Virus record (IMG/VR): IMGVR_UViG_3300031857_000111
Location: 7,522-71,521 of that record
Origin: a virus
DNA: 64,000 nucleotides
Reading direction: 5' to 3' (one strand)
The translations under genes and the position numbers were made by a program. Below the pieces are notes generated by a model. The model ran no database searches and was not told the DNA's origin. It saw only the letters and a program-made list of their open reading frames with translations. Below are positions 16,452 through 27,032 of this stretch, piece after piece (position 1 is the stretch's first letter; each line of letters starts with the position of its first letter).

Positions 16452-19400
16452 TTACCCCCAAACTGTAAAGGTGACGGCGCGAGAGATAGGTTCGCGAGAT
16501 ACGCGAAGCACACGGAAGTTCTTGCCACTAGTAAGTCCGAAGCGCGGATAGGTGATGTTTACAGTGCAGCCGGGGGTAATATCAAGATTGTCCCCATAAA
16601 GCTCGATATCAAAAGACTGACGCATGGGGCCAAACAGCGCACCGCGCCTCTCAGCCTCAGACACCGCTGGCGTCTCGTAGACAAAAAGACTTTCAAGTAC
16701 TTCATCACGCCAAGTCCGCGCCTCTGTTTGAGTAGAGGCATAGGTATAAATAACAGGGAAGAACGGTGCAGTAAGCGAACGCTTGCTTACGTCTGTGACG
16801 GAACCCGAACATTCATCTTCGCCCAAGGGGCGCCACCGCTTCCCCCAATTTACGGTTTGCTTGTTGAGACGTAGATCGGCGGGACGCGGGGTGATGGTGA
16901 AAATGTCTCTCGCCACCACTATCGCATCGGCAGGATATTTCTCGACTACAGATATGATTTCGGCACTAGTAACCGTATAGGGAAGCACCTTAAACGATTC
17001 CACATCACCAAAAAGCGACTCGCCCCCGGTAGCGTTGTGGCCCACGCGAAGATGCTGCAATCCCGTAATCGCAGTTCCGGTTGCGGATTTTACTTCGCCA
17101 CCTTCAACGTAAGAAATGATGTTGCCTGTGCCATCTATGGTCACGCCCCAAGTGAAAAACGAATTGGCTGTATGCGTGCTGGTCGCGCTTGCCGTAGTGG
17201 TTGAAGCGGCCTGAGTTCTACTTACGGTAAGGTTGGCCCCGCCCGCGCTGTTCTGAAAGCGGTAACGGTTATTCTCAGTTCCGTCATCCAGTTGGAAGAT
17301 AACTTGGTTAATACCAGAAGGCGCGTTCTGTGGGATGCGCGAGCGACCAAGGATCGTGCAAACGCCTGTGCTGCTGATACCAAACTTGGAAAGCGGAGCG
17401 GTCACTATATCCGCCCCCCGAGTGCTTTCCCCCGTTGATACCGCCGATGCGGGTAAGATCGGGGTTGATGCAAAAGAACCAAGTTCAAGTTGGGGCCAAG
17501 AAATGCGTAGGGTTACGTCAGTGGCTACGGCAGAAGTTACTAAACCCAGCGCGACCTGAAAACTAACCGCTGATACCGTCGTAGTAGATACAGTGCGAGT
17601 TTGTGTGACTCGTGCGAATGCGCTAGACAGAGTGAAATTTACGTCCGACGTTACTAGCGCCGTACCGGCACCGTTACGCTCAACGATACGGTTTCGAGCG
17701 ACTGAGACATTCGTGAGCGTCCCACCCACCAGTCGTGCGAATATCGAACTCGTCCACTGTTGATTTGCCGAAGCGGGAGCGTCAAGATTTCCACCAAACT
17801 GCAAAGTCCAAGTAAGCCCCGTAGGGGAACCAGCAGCACGAACATCAACAAAGGTTCTGCCCTCTTCCACACCCACGGAAGCGACCGAAGTGGACAAACC
17901 CGCCGCGTTCGTCACAACCCAACCAGTAGGCATCGTCCCAGGACTACCCACAACAGCGTTTAGTGCGCGCGGGTTTGCTATCTCATTAGTCCGCTGCCCC
18001 TCGATCCGAAGAGTCGCGTCACTCCCATAGAACCGCGCCGTGTTGGCTGCATACTCCACCCAGGTAGAGCCGTTGCTGGCAAGCGCGGTCGCCGTCAAAC
18101 TAGAAGTCTGCGTTCGCGTCAGGCTGAAGGAAGGTCCAAGGGTATTGGGCTCAATGTTGGTTTTACCCGGCGTATCAAATCGCTGGACACGGAATTTGCC
18201 CGTCTCTACGTCGAAACTCCACCAAGCGCCGACGCTATTGGCGATATCCGTAAGCGCGTCGGCAACCTTCCGTTCGTCGCCGGCAGGCGTAAAGTATTGA
18301 AGAGCGGCACCTTGGATAGAGTTGAGCGCGGCGATATCGGCAGTTTCTATTTGCGCCGAAGTAAACCCACCGGGACGCGTCAACACCCAATCAAGCATAT
18401 CCCCCGCGCGTGCAGGAAAGCGAAAGCACGTCATGCCTTCAAATGTGCCGCTAAAATTGGTCGAGACAGCAACACCTATGGTCGCGGCGGTAGACGCTGC
18501 TTGGAAAGGGTGGGTGCCCGCCTTGCCGAGAATTTGGAATACATCTACCCCGTCAACACGCATGGCGACGTTACCAGCAGCGGTAGAGCAAGTGACACCA
18601 AACACATACCAATCACCGGCTGTGGTGGACACGGTTTGCAAAAGCGTGCCCGCCGTTCCTGCCGTCTTGCGGACGTTGCCCGTAACGGCGGATGCGGTCC
18701 ATTCGCCCGTAGAACCCGTGGTCGTCCACCCCGTCAAGCCACTATCAAAGCTGCCGTTGGTTAGGAAGTCCGTGCCGTATCGCATTCCCACAAAGTCAAC
18801 AGTAAGAGGACCATCGGCGGGAGCCGCGAGGCGAAATAGGCCGAGCGTATCACACGTCGCGTAGTCGGCAGGAGTGATAGCCGCCGCGACCAAAGCAGAA
18901 TAACTTGTCGTGTTGCCGCCTCTTGAAAGAAGCACACCGCGATCCCGCAATGCAATCACGCCGCCGACAATACCGGCGAGGTCATCGGTATATGCGTAGA
19001 CGTTGTTAACCTCGTCAATAAGGTGAGGTTCAACCTGAAGGCACACGCCCAGCCCACGGGGCTTAGTTACGTCAGTCCAGTCTGCTGTGCCTTCCTCACT
19101 ACCAGTGCCAGCAAAGCTATCCGTTTGGAAAGGGATAACCGTAAGATCACGCTTATCCACAATATCAATTTCAACTTCATCACCAACCGTCAGGCTACGA
19201 ATGACGCATTGTGCTACTAGGTCGAAATCAGAAAATACCGGATCAACAACATCGGTGTAATATACATCAATGTCGTGACCATCCCAGCAAACGGACACGA
19301 ACGTATCGAGTTCACCATCTTCGTTAGCGAGTGTGATCTTGCCAAATGAAGTCTGCGCGGCACCCGTGAGTGAGACGTTGTTGAAGATTTCTTGCGTGAA

Positions 19401-19547
19401 CCCAGGTGGGGTGACAATCCGACGATCCCAATAGGTTACAGGCAACGGGTCGGCCAAGACTGTGCGAAAGCCAATGTCGCTAAAGTAATACGAAACAGTG
19501 CTTGAGAGGGTAACGTCGTACCCCTCCATGCGGATAAGCCATGCCAT
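16452..19547 (-). CDS. Tail tip/hub protein with inserted carbohydrate-binding-like domains
   Basis: Follows the tape measure gene; GKITLANEDGELD, KPRGLGVC, RFGL..GKNFRV; internal ~400-aa module shared with the tail spike. Confidence 0.75.
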   Translation of the reverse strand: MAWLIRMEGYDVTLSSTVSYYFSDIGFRTVLADPLPVTYWDRRIVTPPGFTQEIFNNVSLTGAAQTSFGKITLANEDGELDTFVSVCWDGHDIDVYYTDVVDPVFSDFDLVAQCVIRSLTVGDEVEIDIVDKRDLTVIPFQTDSFAGTGSEEGTADWTDVTKPRGLGVCLQVEPHLIDEVNNVYAYTDDLAGIVGGVIALRDRGVLLSRGGNTTSYSALVAAAITPADYATCDTLGLFRLAAPADGPLTVDFVGMRYGTDFLTNGSFDSGLTGWTTTGSTGEWTASAVTGNVRKTAGTAGTLLQTVSTTAGDWYVFGVTCSTAAGNVAMRVDGVDVFQILGKAGTHPFQAASTAATIGVAVSTNFSGTFEGMTCFRFPARAGDMLDWVLTRPGGFTSAQIETADIAALNSIQGAALQYFTPAGDERKVADALTDIANSVGAWWSFDVETGKFRVQRFDTPGKTNIEPNTLGPSFSLTRTQTSSLTATALASNGSTWVEYAANTARFYGSDATLRIEGQRTNEIANPRALNAVVGSPGTMPTGWVVTNAAGLSTSVASVGVEEGRTFVDVRAAGSPTGLTWTLQFGGNLDAPASANQQWTSSIFARLVGGTLTNVSVARNRIVERNGAGTALVTSDVNFTLSSAFARVTQTRTVSTTTVSAVSFQVALGLVTSAVATDVTLRISWPQLELGSFASTPILPASAVSTGESTRGADIVTAPLSKFGISSTGVCTILGRSRIPQNAPSGINQVIFQLDDGTENNRYRFQNSAGGANLTVSRTQAASTTTASATSTHTANSFFTWGVTIDGTGNIISYVEGGEVKSATGTAITGLQHLRVGHNATGGESLFGDVESFKVLPYTVTSAEIISVVEKYPADAIVVARDIFTITPRPADLRLNKQTVNWGKRWRPLGEDECSGSVTDVSKRSLTAPFFPVIYTYASTQTEARTWRDEVLESLFVYETPAVSEAERRGALFGPMRQSFDIELYGDNLDITPGCTVNITYPRFGLTSGKNFRVLRVSREPISRAVTFTVWG

Positions 19548-22500
19548 TAGGCCCGCGCCCCCACCCGCTCACGAGGCGCTTGCGTGACCATGCGGCGATT
19601 GCTGTCAGCCGTATCTTCAGTGGCTTCGGCGGTGCGCAAAGTGGTTTTCACGAGTTCCTTCTTCATGCTTGCGACTTCTTGACGGAGAGCAATGTTGTCT
19701 TCACGAAGGCCACGGATTTCGGCAACAACAGCTTGCATATTGCCGCCGCCCATCGCCACGCCAAGGTCGCCGTTTGACATGCGACGGAGAGGGACAATGG
19801 CTTCGCGACCTGCTTCCCCAAACATCGCCATAGAGGCGATGTGCGGCTCAGAAACCACGTCGGGGATACCACCCTTGGCAAACTTGGTGATGCTCAGTTC
19901 ACCAAGCGTGGATTGAATATAGTCGCGAACAGCCTTCCATTGGAAGCTACTGGCGAAGTTGTCGCGTGCAGCGTTAAGCAGCGTCTCCGCACGGCCCGTA
20001 AGGCCCTCAAGCGCGCCCCTATCGCCGCCGCGTGCGGCAGCAAGGTCACGGTCATAGAATTGGCGTGCAGAGGCAAGCCGGTCAGGCGCCGAGTAGCCAC
20101 CAAGGTCGGAAGTGCGAAGCCCCTCAAGGAAGTCTTTAATGTTGTTTTGGAGGTCGCTAAACACGCGCTTGGTTTCGCGGTCTATAAGGTTGCCATAGTT
20201 CTCAACAAACGGGGCAATTTGTTCGGCGGTATAACCCATTTGCTCAAGATCTTGGGTCAGCGCCTTAATCTGTTGCGCGCGATTGATAGACGCTTCAAGT
20301 TCGTCAGCCATAGCGTCCTTACCTTCAAGGCGCCAGCCGCGAATCTTGATCTCATCACTAATGGTCTGAAGACGAAGCTGCCGTTCGCTATACATAAGGT
20401 CGATTTGCTTCTTGCGTTCGGCAGCGATTTCCGCTTCACCGAACCCAAGACGCTGCGCTTGCCTCGTGTATTCATCGAAGTTAGCGTTGAGTTGCTTCAT
20501 CGCGTCGTTAAATTCGCTCGACGGCTTGCCGATGTTATCGAGAACATCGGAGAGCGCCGTAGCTTCTTGGACGACAGCGACTAGGTTATCAAAGCTGCTG
20601 ATCTCAACTGTGTTGAGGGCAGTCTGCACACGCGAATTATTGCTGGACAGACGGCGGAATGCTCCGCTCTTGGCAAATGCCTCTTCAAGAGAACGGGGGC
20701 CTGTGCTTTCGCCACCGCCGACAGAGCCGAAGCCAAACTGGTCTTGCGCCTTAAAGTCCTTACCGTTAAACCACAGCCCAAGGCTCTGTAGGGTTTGGTT
20801 AATCTGGTCGGCCTGTTGGCGCGTCTGCTGTGCGATTTCGCTAGTGTCAAACCCCTTGCCAGCCGCGCCATCGAATCGCAGCATACCACGCTCGTCAAGC
20901 TGCACCCAAGCGTCGCCGCCAGAGAAACCCTTCTTGGGACCGATAAGACCACCAAGAAGACCGCCGCCCGCGCCACCGATCAAACCGGCTGCCAACAGGC
21001 CGACAGGACCACCGAACGCTGCGGCCAGCCCCACGCCAGCCAAAGCGCCTGCTCCCGAGCCAATCATGCTGTTGGTCTTGCGGGCGGGGCTATTGCCAGC
21101 AACCATACCACCCAGGAGGCTGCCAAGCGCGAACCCGCCGCCGACGCCGCCAAGGGCGCCCATGAGCGTAGTGCCCCCAAACAGGCTACCAGCGGACGCC
21201 GCGCCGGGCATGGATACCCCGCCAGCCGTCGCGATAGAGGCGGGTGCGCCGCTGCTGAAAATGCTGGGGAACGCGGACGCGCCCCAAGAGTTAATGCTTG
21301 CACCAATGCCGCTAAAACCACCCCCCGGCAGAAGGTTAGAAAGGCCGCTCAGTTGCCCGATAGAGCCAAGGAAGCCCATCCCGCCACCACCCCCGCCGCC
21401 ACCGCCCCCAGCGGCGTCTACGAGCCCCCCAAGCGTCGCACGGGTGCCTCCGAAGATGCCATTGAGGATTGGGTTGACGACAGCCATGCGCAGAGCCGTT
21501 TGCGCCACCGACGACATGACCGCACGAGCAATGTCACCAAATCGAATGCTGCTAATCTCACCCTTGGCGAAGGCTTCGGTAATAGCGTCGCCAATCGTTT
21601 CAAATGCACGTTCGCCAGAGCGGGCAAGTTCATCCCACGAATTGCGAACTTGCTCAGTGCGGCTTCGGGCAACGCCGAGAGCGCGGATAGACACTTCAAG
21701 TTCGGGCGTAAACGCGGCGCCGTATTGCTGACGTGCGCGAAGCAAAGCAATTTCGATTTCACGCTGTTCGACAGTCGCGGTGACAAGTTCGCGCTCACGT
21801 TCAAGGACGGCAATTTCGTCGTTGTTCTGCGCGGTTTGTCGGCCAGCGGCCAACAGACGTTCCGATCTCTCAACACGACCGAGGACACGAACAAATTTTT
21901 CCAGAGCGACGGCGTGTTCTTGTGTTCCGGGGATGGCATACTTGGTTGCTTCTGCGTATGCGCGGACGCTCAGTTCCGCTTGGCGACCAGCTTCTGAGGA
22001 TTGAAAATACCCATCCGCAATGCGGTTATTATCCGCAATGGTCCTTTCATTTTGCGACAGAACTTCTTCCATTTCTCTCGCGAGGCGACGCAAGGTGAGT
22101 TCTTGAACACGCAGCAAATCATTTTCAATGTTAACTTGCTGTCCTGCGTTACGGGCCGCGTCGCGAAGCCGGTCTTGGGCGTCAGCAACCTCTCGGGTAG
22201 CGCCAGCGGCTACGGGCGAACGGTTAGCGACGCGCTCAAGGTCATCAAGAAACTCTTTGACCGCGTTTTGGGCGCCCCTGCCTCCCCGGTCGTTATTGGC
22301 GCCAGGAACCGCAGGCGCATTCGGGGGCGGAAGGGGGATAGTATCGTTGGGGTTTGGTAAGGGCGCGTCGCCCGCATACCCCCGCATAGTCGCTATTTGC
22401 GAAGCAAGCGCGGCTACTTCCGTTCGCAAAGTGACGGCGGTTACAATCGCGGTGTTAAAATCGCCGTTAACGGAGGCTTTAGACAACTCTTCCGCAAGCG

Positions 22501-24733
22501 CGGCAACACTCGGAACTAGATCGCGAATATTCTCGGGGAGGCCATTGGGGCCGCCGAATTGTTCGCGCAGTTGCCTTGCTGCATCTTCTGCCGTGGTGAG
22601 CCCATTAATGACAGCACGGATCGGGGCCAACACGGACTGTAGGTTATCCAATCGAGATTGCGTAGCAGCAATCGCCTCCGGGTTCGGGCGGAAAGCCTCT
22701 TGTTGCGAACGCAAACCTCTCTGCAACATGCTATCCGCACCGGAGAGATTTCTAAAACTTGGAGACATCGCGCCATAAAGCTGCGGAAGTGCAGCTTCCG
22801 CCTCGCGAAGCCGGCTTCTAGCGATGTTGGCTTGCGCTTCCATAATGACAAGCGACGACTGTGCTGCTTTGCGAGCCGCGACTTCAAACGAATCCCCGAG
22901 CCGCGTATACACCGTAATAAGTTTGTCGGTTTCGGTAGCAGCCGATCCAGTGATCGCAAAACCCCGTTCAAGGATAGTTTGGAAGTTTTCGCTTTCTTGC
23001 TTAACTTTATCGACAGCGCGAGACGTGTCTGCCGCAGAGGAGCGGAAACGATCCATCGCACGGCCCGCAACGTCCGTGCTGCTCCCCACCAAAACCGCCC
23101 CCGCAGAAACGGCAAGAAACCCGGCATGAATAAGTCGAAGTTGTGGGATAAACGCTGCAAATGACACCAACAAGCGAACAATAGCGAGGGAAGACAACGC
23201 AATAATTGCGGCAGCAAAAGTGTTTATGTGGGTTGCGGCAACTTCAAAAGCCGTGCCTAGTGCGTCAACAACTCCGCTTTCACGGGCAAACTCAAGCAGC
23301 CGCCGAAGATTTTCCGTAGCGATAATTACCGCATTAGAGAATCCAGATTCCCCGAGTTCTGCCGTCGTGCGGGAAAATTCGGTCCCCAACCTACCAAACG
23401 ACGCCGCCATAGTATTAGACGTGCGGGACAGTGTTTCCGCGCCACCAGACATAATATTGATTTGCCGGATAAACTCTTCGGCATATCGAGCAACGTCTAG
23501 CGTGCCCTCTTCAAACCGCTTATTAAGATCAACTTGCGCACCATCAACTTCGTTAACGGCTCGTTGAAGGGCAGCCATCGCAATAGGTAGTCGGTCGCCC
23601 ATCTGGTTACGAATTTCTTCAGCCATGAACTTGCCCTTAGACATGGACTGTTCAAGAGCACGCATAATACCCATCGTATCCGCAGAGCTAAGACCAAAGT
23701 TACGAGACGCCTCTGAAAGCTGAGTAAAGGCGTCACGAGTTTGTTCGGTCGTAAATCCAGCCCCTTGCATAGCAAGCGAAAGACGAGCAAACGAATTACC
23801 TACTTCACCAACAGAGAAGCCGATGCGGTTTGCCTCGTTAAAGAGGAAGTTAAGATCAGATGCGAATTGCCCCGCGCTACCCGACACTGTACGAAGGGTA
23901 TTCGTGAATCGCTCAAACTCCATAATGCTTTGCGTGATTTCACGCAGAGCAAGGGTGCCAACTAGAGCTTGAAGTGCTGCATTAGTCGAAAACACAAGTC
24001 GGCCAAAACCGCCCATACTAGAATTGGCAGCGCCGAAGGCAGCGGCAGTCGTGCGAGCGTTGTCGTTAAGTGTGCGCAGCAGGCCGCCTTGACGCGCGAT
24101 CTCACCGCTCGCGGTTTGCGTGGACCGTGTGAATACACCATGCGCGCGAGTCGCTTCGACAGAACCGACGCCGAATTGGCGAATGACGGCTTGGTATTGG
24201 GTTAAATCTTTCCGGGCTTGAGAGATTACTTGTGATGCTTCATATGTTGGGAGTTGACGATTAGCCCGGCCTTGGATGCCCGTAAACCGCGATTGAGAGT
24301 TCTGTAGTGCGCGTTCCAAGGCGATTTGACGATTGACGAATTGCCGATGTTCTTGCTCTTCTTTCTTTTGATTTCTAAGCCGCTGTCTTTGCACCAATTC
24401 ATATGCCCGCGCTTGTTCTTTCGTCGCGCGTTCTACATCACGAGTCTGATCGGTGAGCGATTTTTGTCGCATCCGCGCCATGCGAACGATAGCCTGAATT
24501 TCGGCACGCTCTTGATTGAAAAGTAGTTGACGTTGCTGCTTTGCAACCTTTTCCGCATTACGCAACTCACGCTCTTGCGCGCTTATCCGCTTCTTACCGC
24601 CATCTTCCGCAGCCTTAGTCTGACGCTTCTCGACCGAATCTGCCTTGGCCACAAGGCCGTCAAGGGCCTGCATCGCGCCCTTTACGGACGCGATGTTGAC
24701 CTTGATTTCAAGATTGGCGATTGAGTCGGACAC
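19547..24733 (-). CDS. Tape measure protein
   Basis: 1728 aa, helical and Ala/Gly-rich; ALEQSMSKGKFMAEEIRNQMGDRLP; C-terminal FAKGG...GEAGREAIVPL. Confidence 0.92.
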   Translation of the reverse strand: MSDSIANLEIKVNIASVKGAMQALDGLVAKADSVEKRQTKAAEDGGKKRISAQERELRNAEKVAKQQRQLLFNQERAEIQAIVRMARMRQKSLTDQTRDVERATKEQARAYELVQRQRLRNQKKEEQEHRQFVNRQIALERALQNSQSRFTGIQGRANRQLPTYEASQVISQARKDLTQYQAVIRQFGVGSVEATRAHGVFTRSTQTASGEIARQGGLLRTLNDNARTTAAAFGAANSSMGGFGRLVFSTNAALQALVGTLALREITQSIMEFERFTNTLRTVSGSAGQFASDLNFLFNEANRIGFSVGEVGNSFARLSLAMQGAGFTTEQTRDAFTQLSEASRNFGLSSADTMGIMRALEQSMSKGKFMAEEIRNQMGDRLPIAMAALQRAVNEVDGAQVDLNKRFEEGTLDVARYAEEFIRQINIMSGGAETLSRTSNTMAASFGRLGTEFSRTTAELGESGFSNAVIIATENLRRLLEFARESGVVDALGTAFEVAATHINTFAAAIIALSSLAIVRLLVSFAAFIPQLRLIHAGFLAVSAGAVLVGSSTDVAGRAMDRFRSSAADTSRAVDKVKQESENFQTILERGFAITGSAATETDKLITVYTRLGDSFEVAARKAAQSSLVIMEAQANIARSRLREAEAALPQLYGAMSPSFRNLSGADSMLQRGLRSQQEAFRPNPEAIAATQSRLDNLQSVLAPIRAVINGLTTAEDAARQLREQFGGPNGLPENIRDLVPSVAALAEELSKASVNGDFNTAIVTAVTLRTEVAALASQIATMRGYAGDAPLPNPNDTIPLPPPNAPAVPGANNDRGGRGAQNAVKEFLDDLERVANRSPVAAGATREVADAQDRLRDAARNAGQQVNIENDLLRVQELTLRRLAREMEEVLSQNERTIADNNRIADGYFQSSEAGRQAELSVRAYAEATKYAIPGTQEHAVALEKFVRVLGRVERSERLLAAGRQTAQNNDEIAVLERERELVTATVEQREIEIALLRARQQYGAAFTPELEVSIRALGVARSRTEQVRNSWDELARSGERAFETIGDAITEAFAKGEISSIRFGDIARAVMSSVAQTALRMAVVNPILNGIFGGTRATLGGLVDAAGGGGGGGGGGMGFLGSIGQLSGLSNLLPGGGFSGIGASINSWGASAFPSIFSSGAPASIATAGGVSMPGAASAGSLFGGTTLMGALGGVGGGFALGSLLGGMVAGNSPARKTNSMIGSGAGALAGVGLAAAFGGPVGLLAAGLIGGAGGGLLGGLIGPKKGFSGGDAWVQLDERGMLRFDGAAGKGFDTSEIAQQTRQQADQINQTLQSLGLWFNGKDFKAQDQFGFGSVGGGESTGPRSLEEAFAKSGAFRRLSSNNSRVQTALNTVEISSFDNLVAVVQEATALSDVLDNIGKPSSEFNDAMKQLNANFDEYTRQAQRLGFGEAEIAAERKKQIDLMYSERQLRLQTISDEIKIRGWRLEGKDAMADELEASINRAQQIKALTQDLEQMGYTAEQIAPFVENYGNLIDRETKRVFSDLQNNIKDFLEGLRTSDLGGYSAPDRLASARQFYDRDLAAARGGDRGALEGLTGRAETLLNAARDNFASSFQWKAVRDYIQSTLGELSITKFAKGGIPDVVSEPHIASMAMFGEAGREAIVPLRRMSNGDLGVAMGGGNMQAVVAEIRGLREDNIALRQEVASMKKELVKTTLRTAEATEDTADSNRRMVTQAPRERVGARA

Positions 24734-24735
24734 GC

Positions 24736-25213
24736 CTATCTCCTAGCCGGGGCCTTACGGGGCGGCGCCGATGCCTGTTGCGGGAGATTTGCTGGCTTGC
24801 TGGTGGCTTTAGCCGCCTTTGCAAGATTTGACTGTGCCGTAAGATATGCACCGTCAATAATCGTTATACCGTCAACCTCATACGAAAGCAATACTCGGCG
24901 GGTGAGCCGAATATAGGCATCAATTTCGCTGTATGAAATTGGGTTAGAACCAAACCCGCTAGACCCGCGTTGTGCGTGAAGATCACCAAACACTTTCCAA
25001 GTGTCTGTGTATTCTTCAGGAAAGTCAGGAAGTGTTAACTTCCCCTCAATCTCTACACGCTTGGCTTCCCACGTCGGGCCTTTGCGATTAGCGATTTGGT
25101 CTAGGGCACGATTGAGACTATCCGCCTCGCTCGTGCCGTCTTCTTTCTTAAGATGCAGAGCGAAGTATCGCTCTGCATATTGCTTTAGAAGGTCTTGACC
25201 TTCCTCAAGAAAA
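24736..25213 (-). CDS. Tail assembly chaperone, GT extension (DUF1799-like), probably reached by frameshift
   Basis: WKVFGDLHAQRGSSGFGSNPISYSEIDAY; no Met after the overlap; +1 frame relative to the upstream chaperone. Confidence 0.7.
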
Positions 25214-25612
25214 CGTAGCCGGGTCGTCAAGCGCCTCGCTAACCTGATCGCGAATCCAAGCGAAACGCAGGTCGGTATAAAGCGTGCGAGCGTTCTCGGG
25301 CGTAAACGGAACGTCCAGCTTCGACCCGTCATTGGGGTTAACGAGATACCACCCCTTAGTCGCGGCCACGAACGTCTCAGCACGCTCTGCCTCAAGTTCA
25401 TCCGCCGTCATGGTCGCGCGGCCACGGGCCTTCAGGCGCTTGTTGATCGCGGCCTTCTGCACCTTCTGCACTTCGGGGCTGGTCAGGGGCAGGAGGTCGA
25501 TATGCGCCTCCTTGCCTTCCGCATCGCGGATCGGCTGGCGGGTCTTCGGATGGAGGATAGGCACGAGCACAGAAGCGGTGTTGTCAACCGCGAGGGCATC
25601 AAAAGCAGACAT
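25205..25612 (-). CDS. Tail assembly chaperone (G)
   Basis: ILHP.T, ATKGW, PFTPENARTLY..WIRDQV; lies between tail tube and tape measure genes. Confidence 0.8.
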   Translation of the reverse strand: MSAFDALAVDNTASVLVPILHPKTRQPIRDAEGKEAHIDLLPLTSPEVQKVQKAAINKRLKARGRATMTADELEAERAETFVAATKGWYLVNPNDGSKLDVPFTPENARTLYTDLRFAWIRDQVSEALDDPATFS

Positions 25613-25697
25613 TCAGGATTTCTCCGAGAGGTTGTGTTCAAGTCCGCAATAGCGCGGGTGTAGGATACCTATTCGATTGCGTTGGCAAATGCAATAC

Positions 25698-25736
25698 AAA
25701 AAATGCGACGCGGGCACATTTCTATGCCCGCGTCGC
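25698..25736 (-). terminator. Terminator after the tail tube gene
   Basis: 12-bp stem GCGACGCGGGCA/TGCCCGCGTCGC with a T-run on the minus strand. Confidence 0.8.
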
Positions 25737-25745
25737 TGCTAGTGG

Positions 25746-26945
25746 TTAGGTGTTGCTGCGCTGGATCACGATGGACGAAGTGCCCTGCGCGGTGTTAGCC
25801 GCGAGCGGCTTCAGCGCAATGAACGGCATCGTCACCGTAATCCCGGTGTCGGGGCTGTCGTCAATAGCACCGCCCGTGTACTTGATGCGCGGCAGCGTAA
25901 CCTGAATGAACGCCGTGCTCGACGTGAGGCTCGACACGTCCTGAAGGCGAAGGATCAGAGACGACTCGGTTTCGTTGACGAACTTGTTATGGGCAGTCGC
26001 GTCAACGAACAGCACGCTAATCGTGCCCGTAACGTCAACGTAGCGGCCCCACAGCATGTCAACATAAGTCTCGCGACCCACCGTCTGCGGCCCGGCCATG
26101 TTGTTGTTGATGGTGATTTCAGCCGAAGTCACCACGCCGAGGACCGAACCACCTTCATACAGTTCACCATTCACGGCGGCGAACGGCGTGGTCTGCACCT
26201 GAGCCGTGTAAGTCGAAGCGACCGTGCTACCAGCAAAGCCCGTGCCGTCCTGGCCCATAACCGAGAAGGTAATGCCGACCATGCCGGAAGCCGGCACGTT
26301 AATCGTCATCTGGTTAAAGCGAATACCACGGAACTGCTGATACAGGGTCTTGTCGGTCAGCCAACGCTCGATGGTGAAGGAGCGGTAGGTATTTCCAACC
26401 GACACCTTGCGGCCAAAGGTGGCGATGACGCACGAGCCAGTAACCGTGGTGCCGATGGTGCCCGGCTCAACCTCAATCGTGCTCACGCCAACCGACAGCG
26501 CCGTGAACAGGCGGTCATGCAGGCCGGCAACGGCGGGCGTACCAGTCACAGCAAATACATCGCCAACGCGGAAACCATTGGTGGGGAAGTTAGCCGAAGT
26601 CACGGTAAAGCGGCTAGTGCCGCTGTTGGCGACAACCGACGTGAAGTTGGACGAAGCGCCAGCGGCCCAGGTGCCACCCATGATCGCTTCGATAAAAGCA
26701 TCCCACGACTGCGCGGAAAGTTCGCCCGTAATGTCGCCCGTCACCGAACGATAGCCGTGGCGCACGTCCTGACGCATACGGTCGGAGCGGCGCTCTTCGG
26801 ACTGGTAAGTTTCCTTTTCGAGATTCAGGTTGAAAGCAACGTCGCGGATAGACTGGAAAGCCGTGCTAACCGGGGTCGTGCCGAACGTCGATTCCGCAAG
26901 GAAGCCAATATCGACCAACGAACCAACAGCAATCGTGCCACTCAT
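25746..26945 (-). CDS. Major tail tube protein with inserted Ig-like/Thr-rich domain
   Basis: ESTFGTTP, SEERRSDR, GDITGEL, SFTIERW, DVTGTISVLF, TLPRIKYT. Confidence 0.85.
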   Translation of the reverse strand: MSGTIAVGSLVDIGFLAESTFGTTPVSTAFQSIRDVAFNLNLEKETYQSEERRSDRMRQDVRHGYRSVTGDITGELSAQSWDAFIEAIMGGTWAAGASSNFTSVVANSGTSRFTVTSANFPTNGFRVGDVFAVTGTPAVAGLHDRLFTALSVGVSTIEVEPGTIGTTVTGSCVIATFGRKVSVGNTYRSFTIERWLTDKTLYQQFRGIRFNQMTINVPASGMVGITFSVMGQDGTGFAGSTVASTYTAQVQTTPFAAVNGELYEGGSVLGVVTSAEITINNNMAGPQTVGRETYVDMLWGRYVDVTGTISVLFVDATAHNKFVNETESSLILRLQDVSSLTSSTAFIQVTLPRIKYTGGAIDDSPDTGITVTMPFIALKPLAANTAQGTSSIVIQRSNT

Positions 26946-27032
26946 TGTGCGTCTCCATGCCAAAAAGCAGCGAGCGACCGCCGCAGATTACAAAACTACA
27001 ACTAGTCTAGTAATCGAGACGCACTAAGAAAG

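Noticed and set aside
19841-23567. Long + strand ORFs (up to 439 aa) opposite the tape measure gene, and similar ones opposite the capsid, scaffold and nrdA genes
   Set aside because: These are antisense shadows of GC-biased coding sequence, with no motifs or SD.
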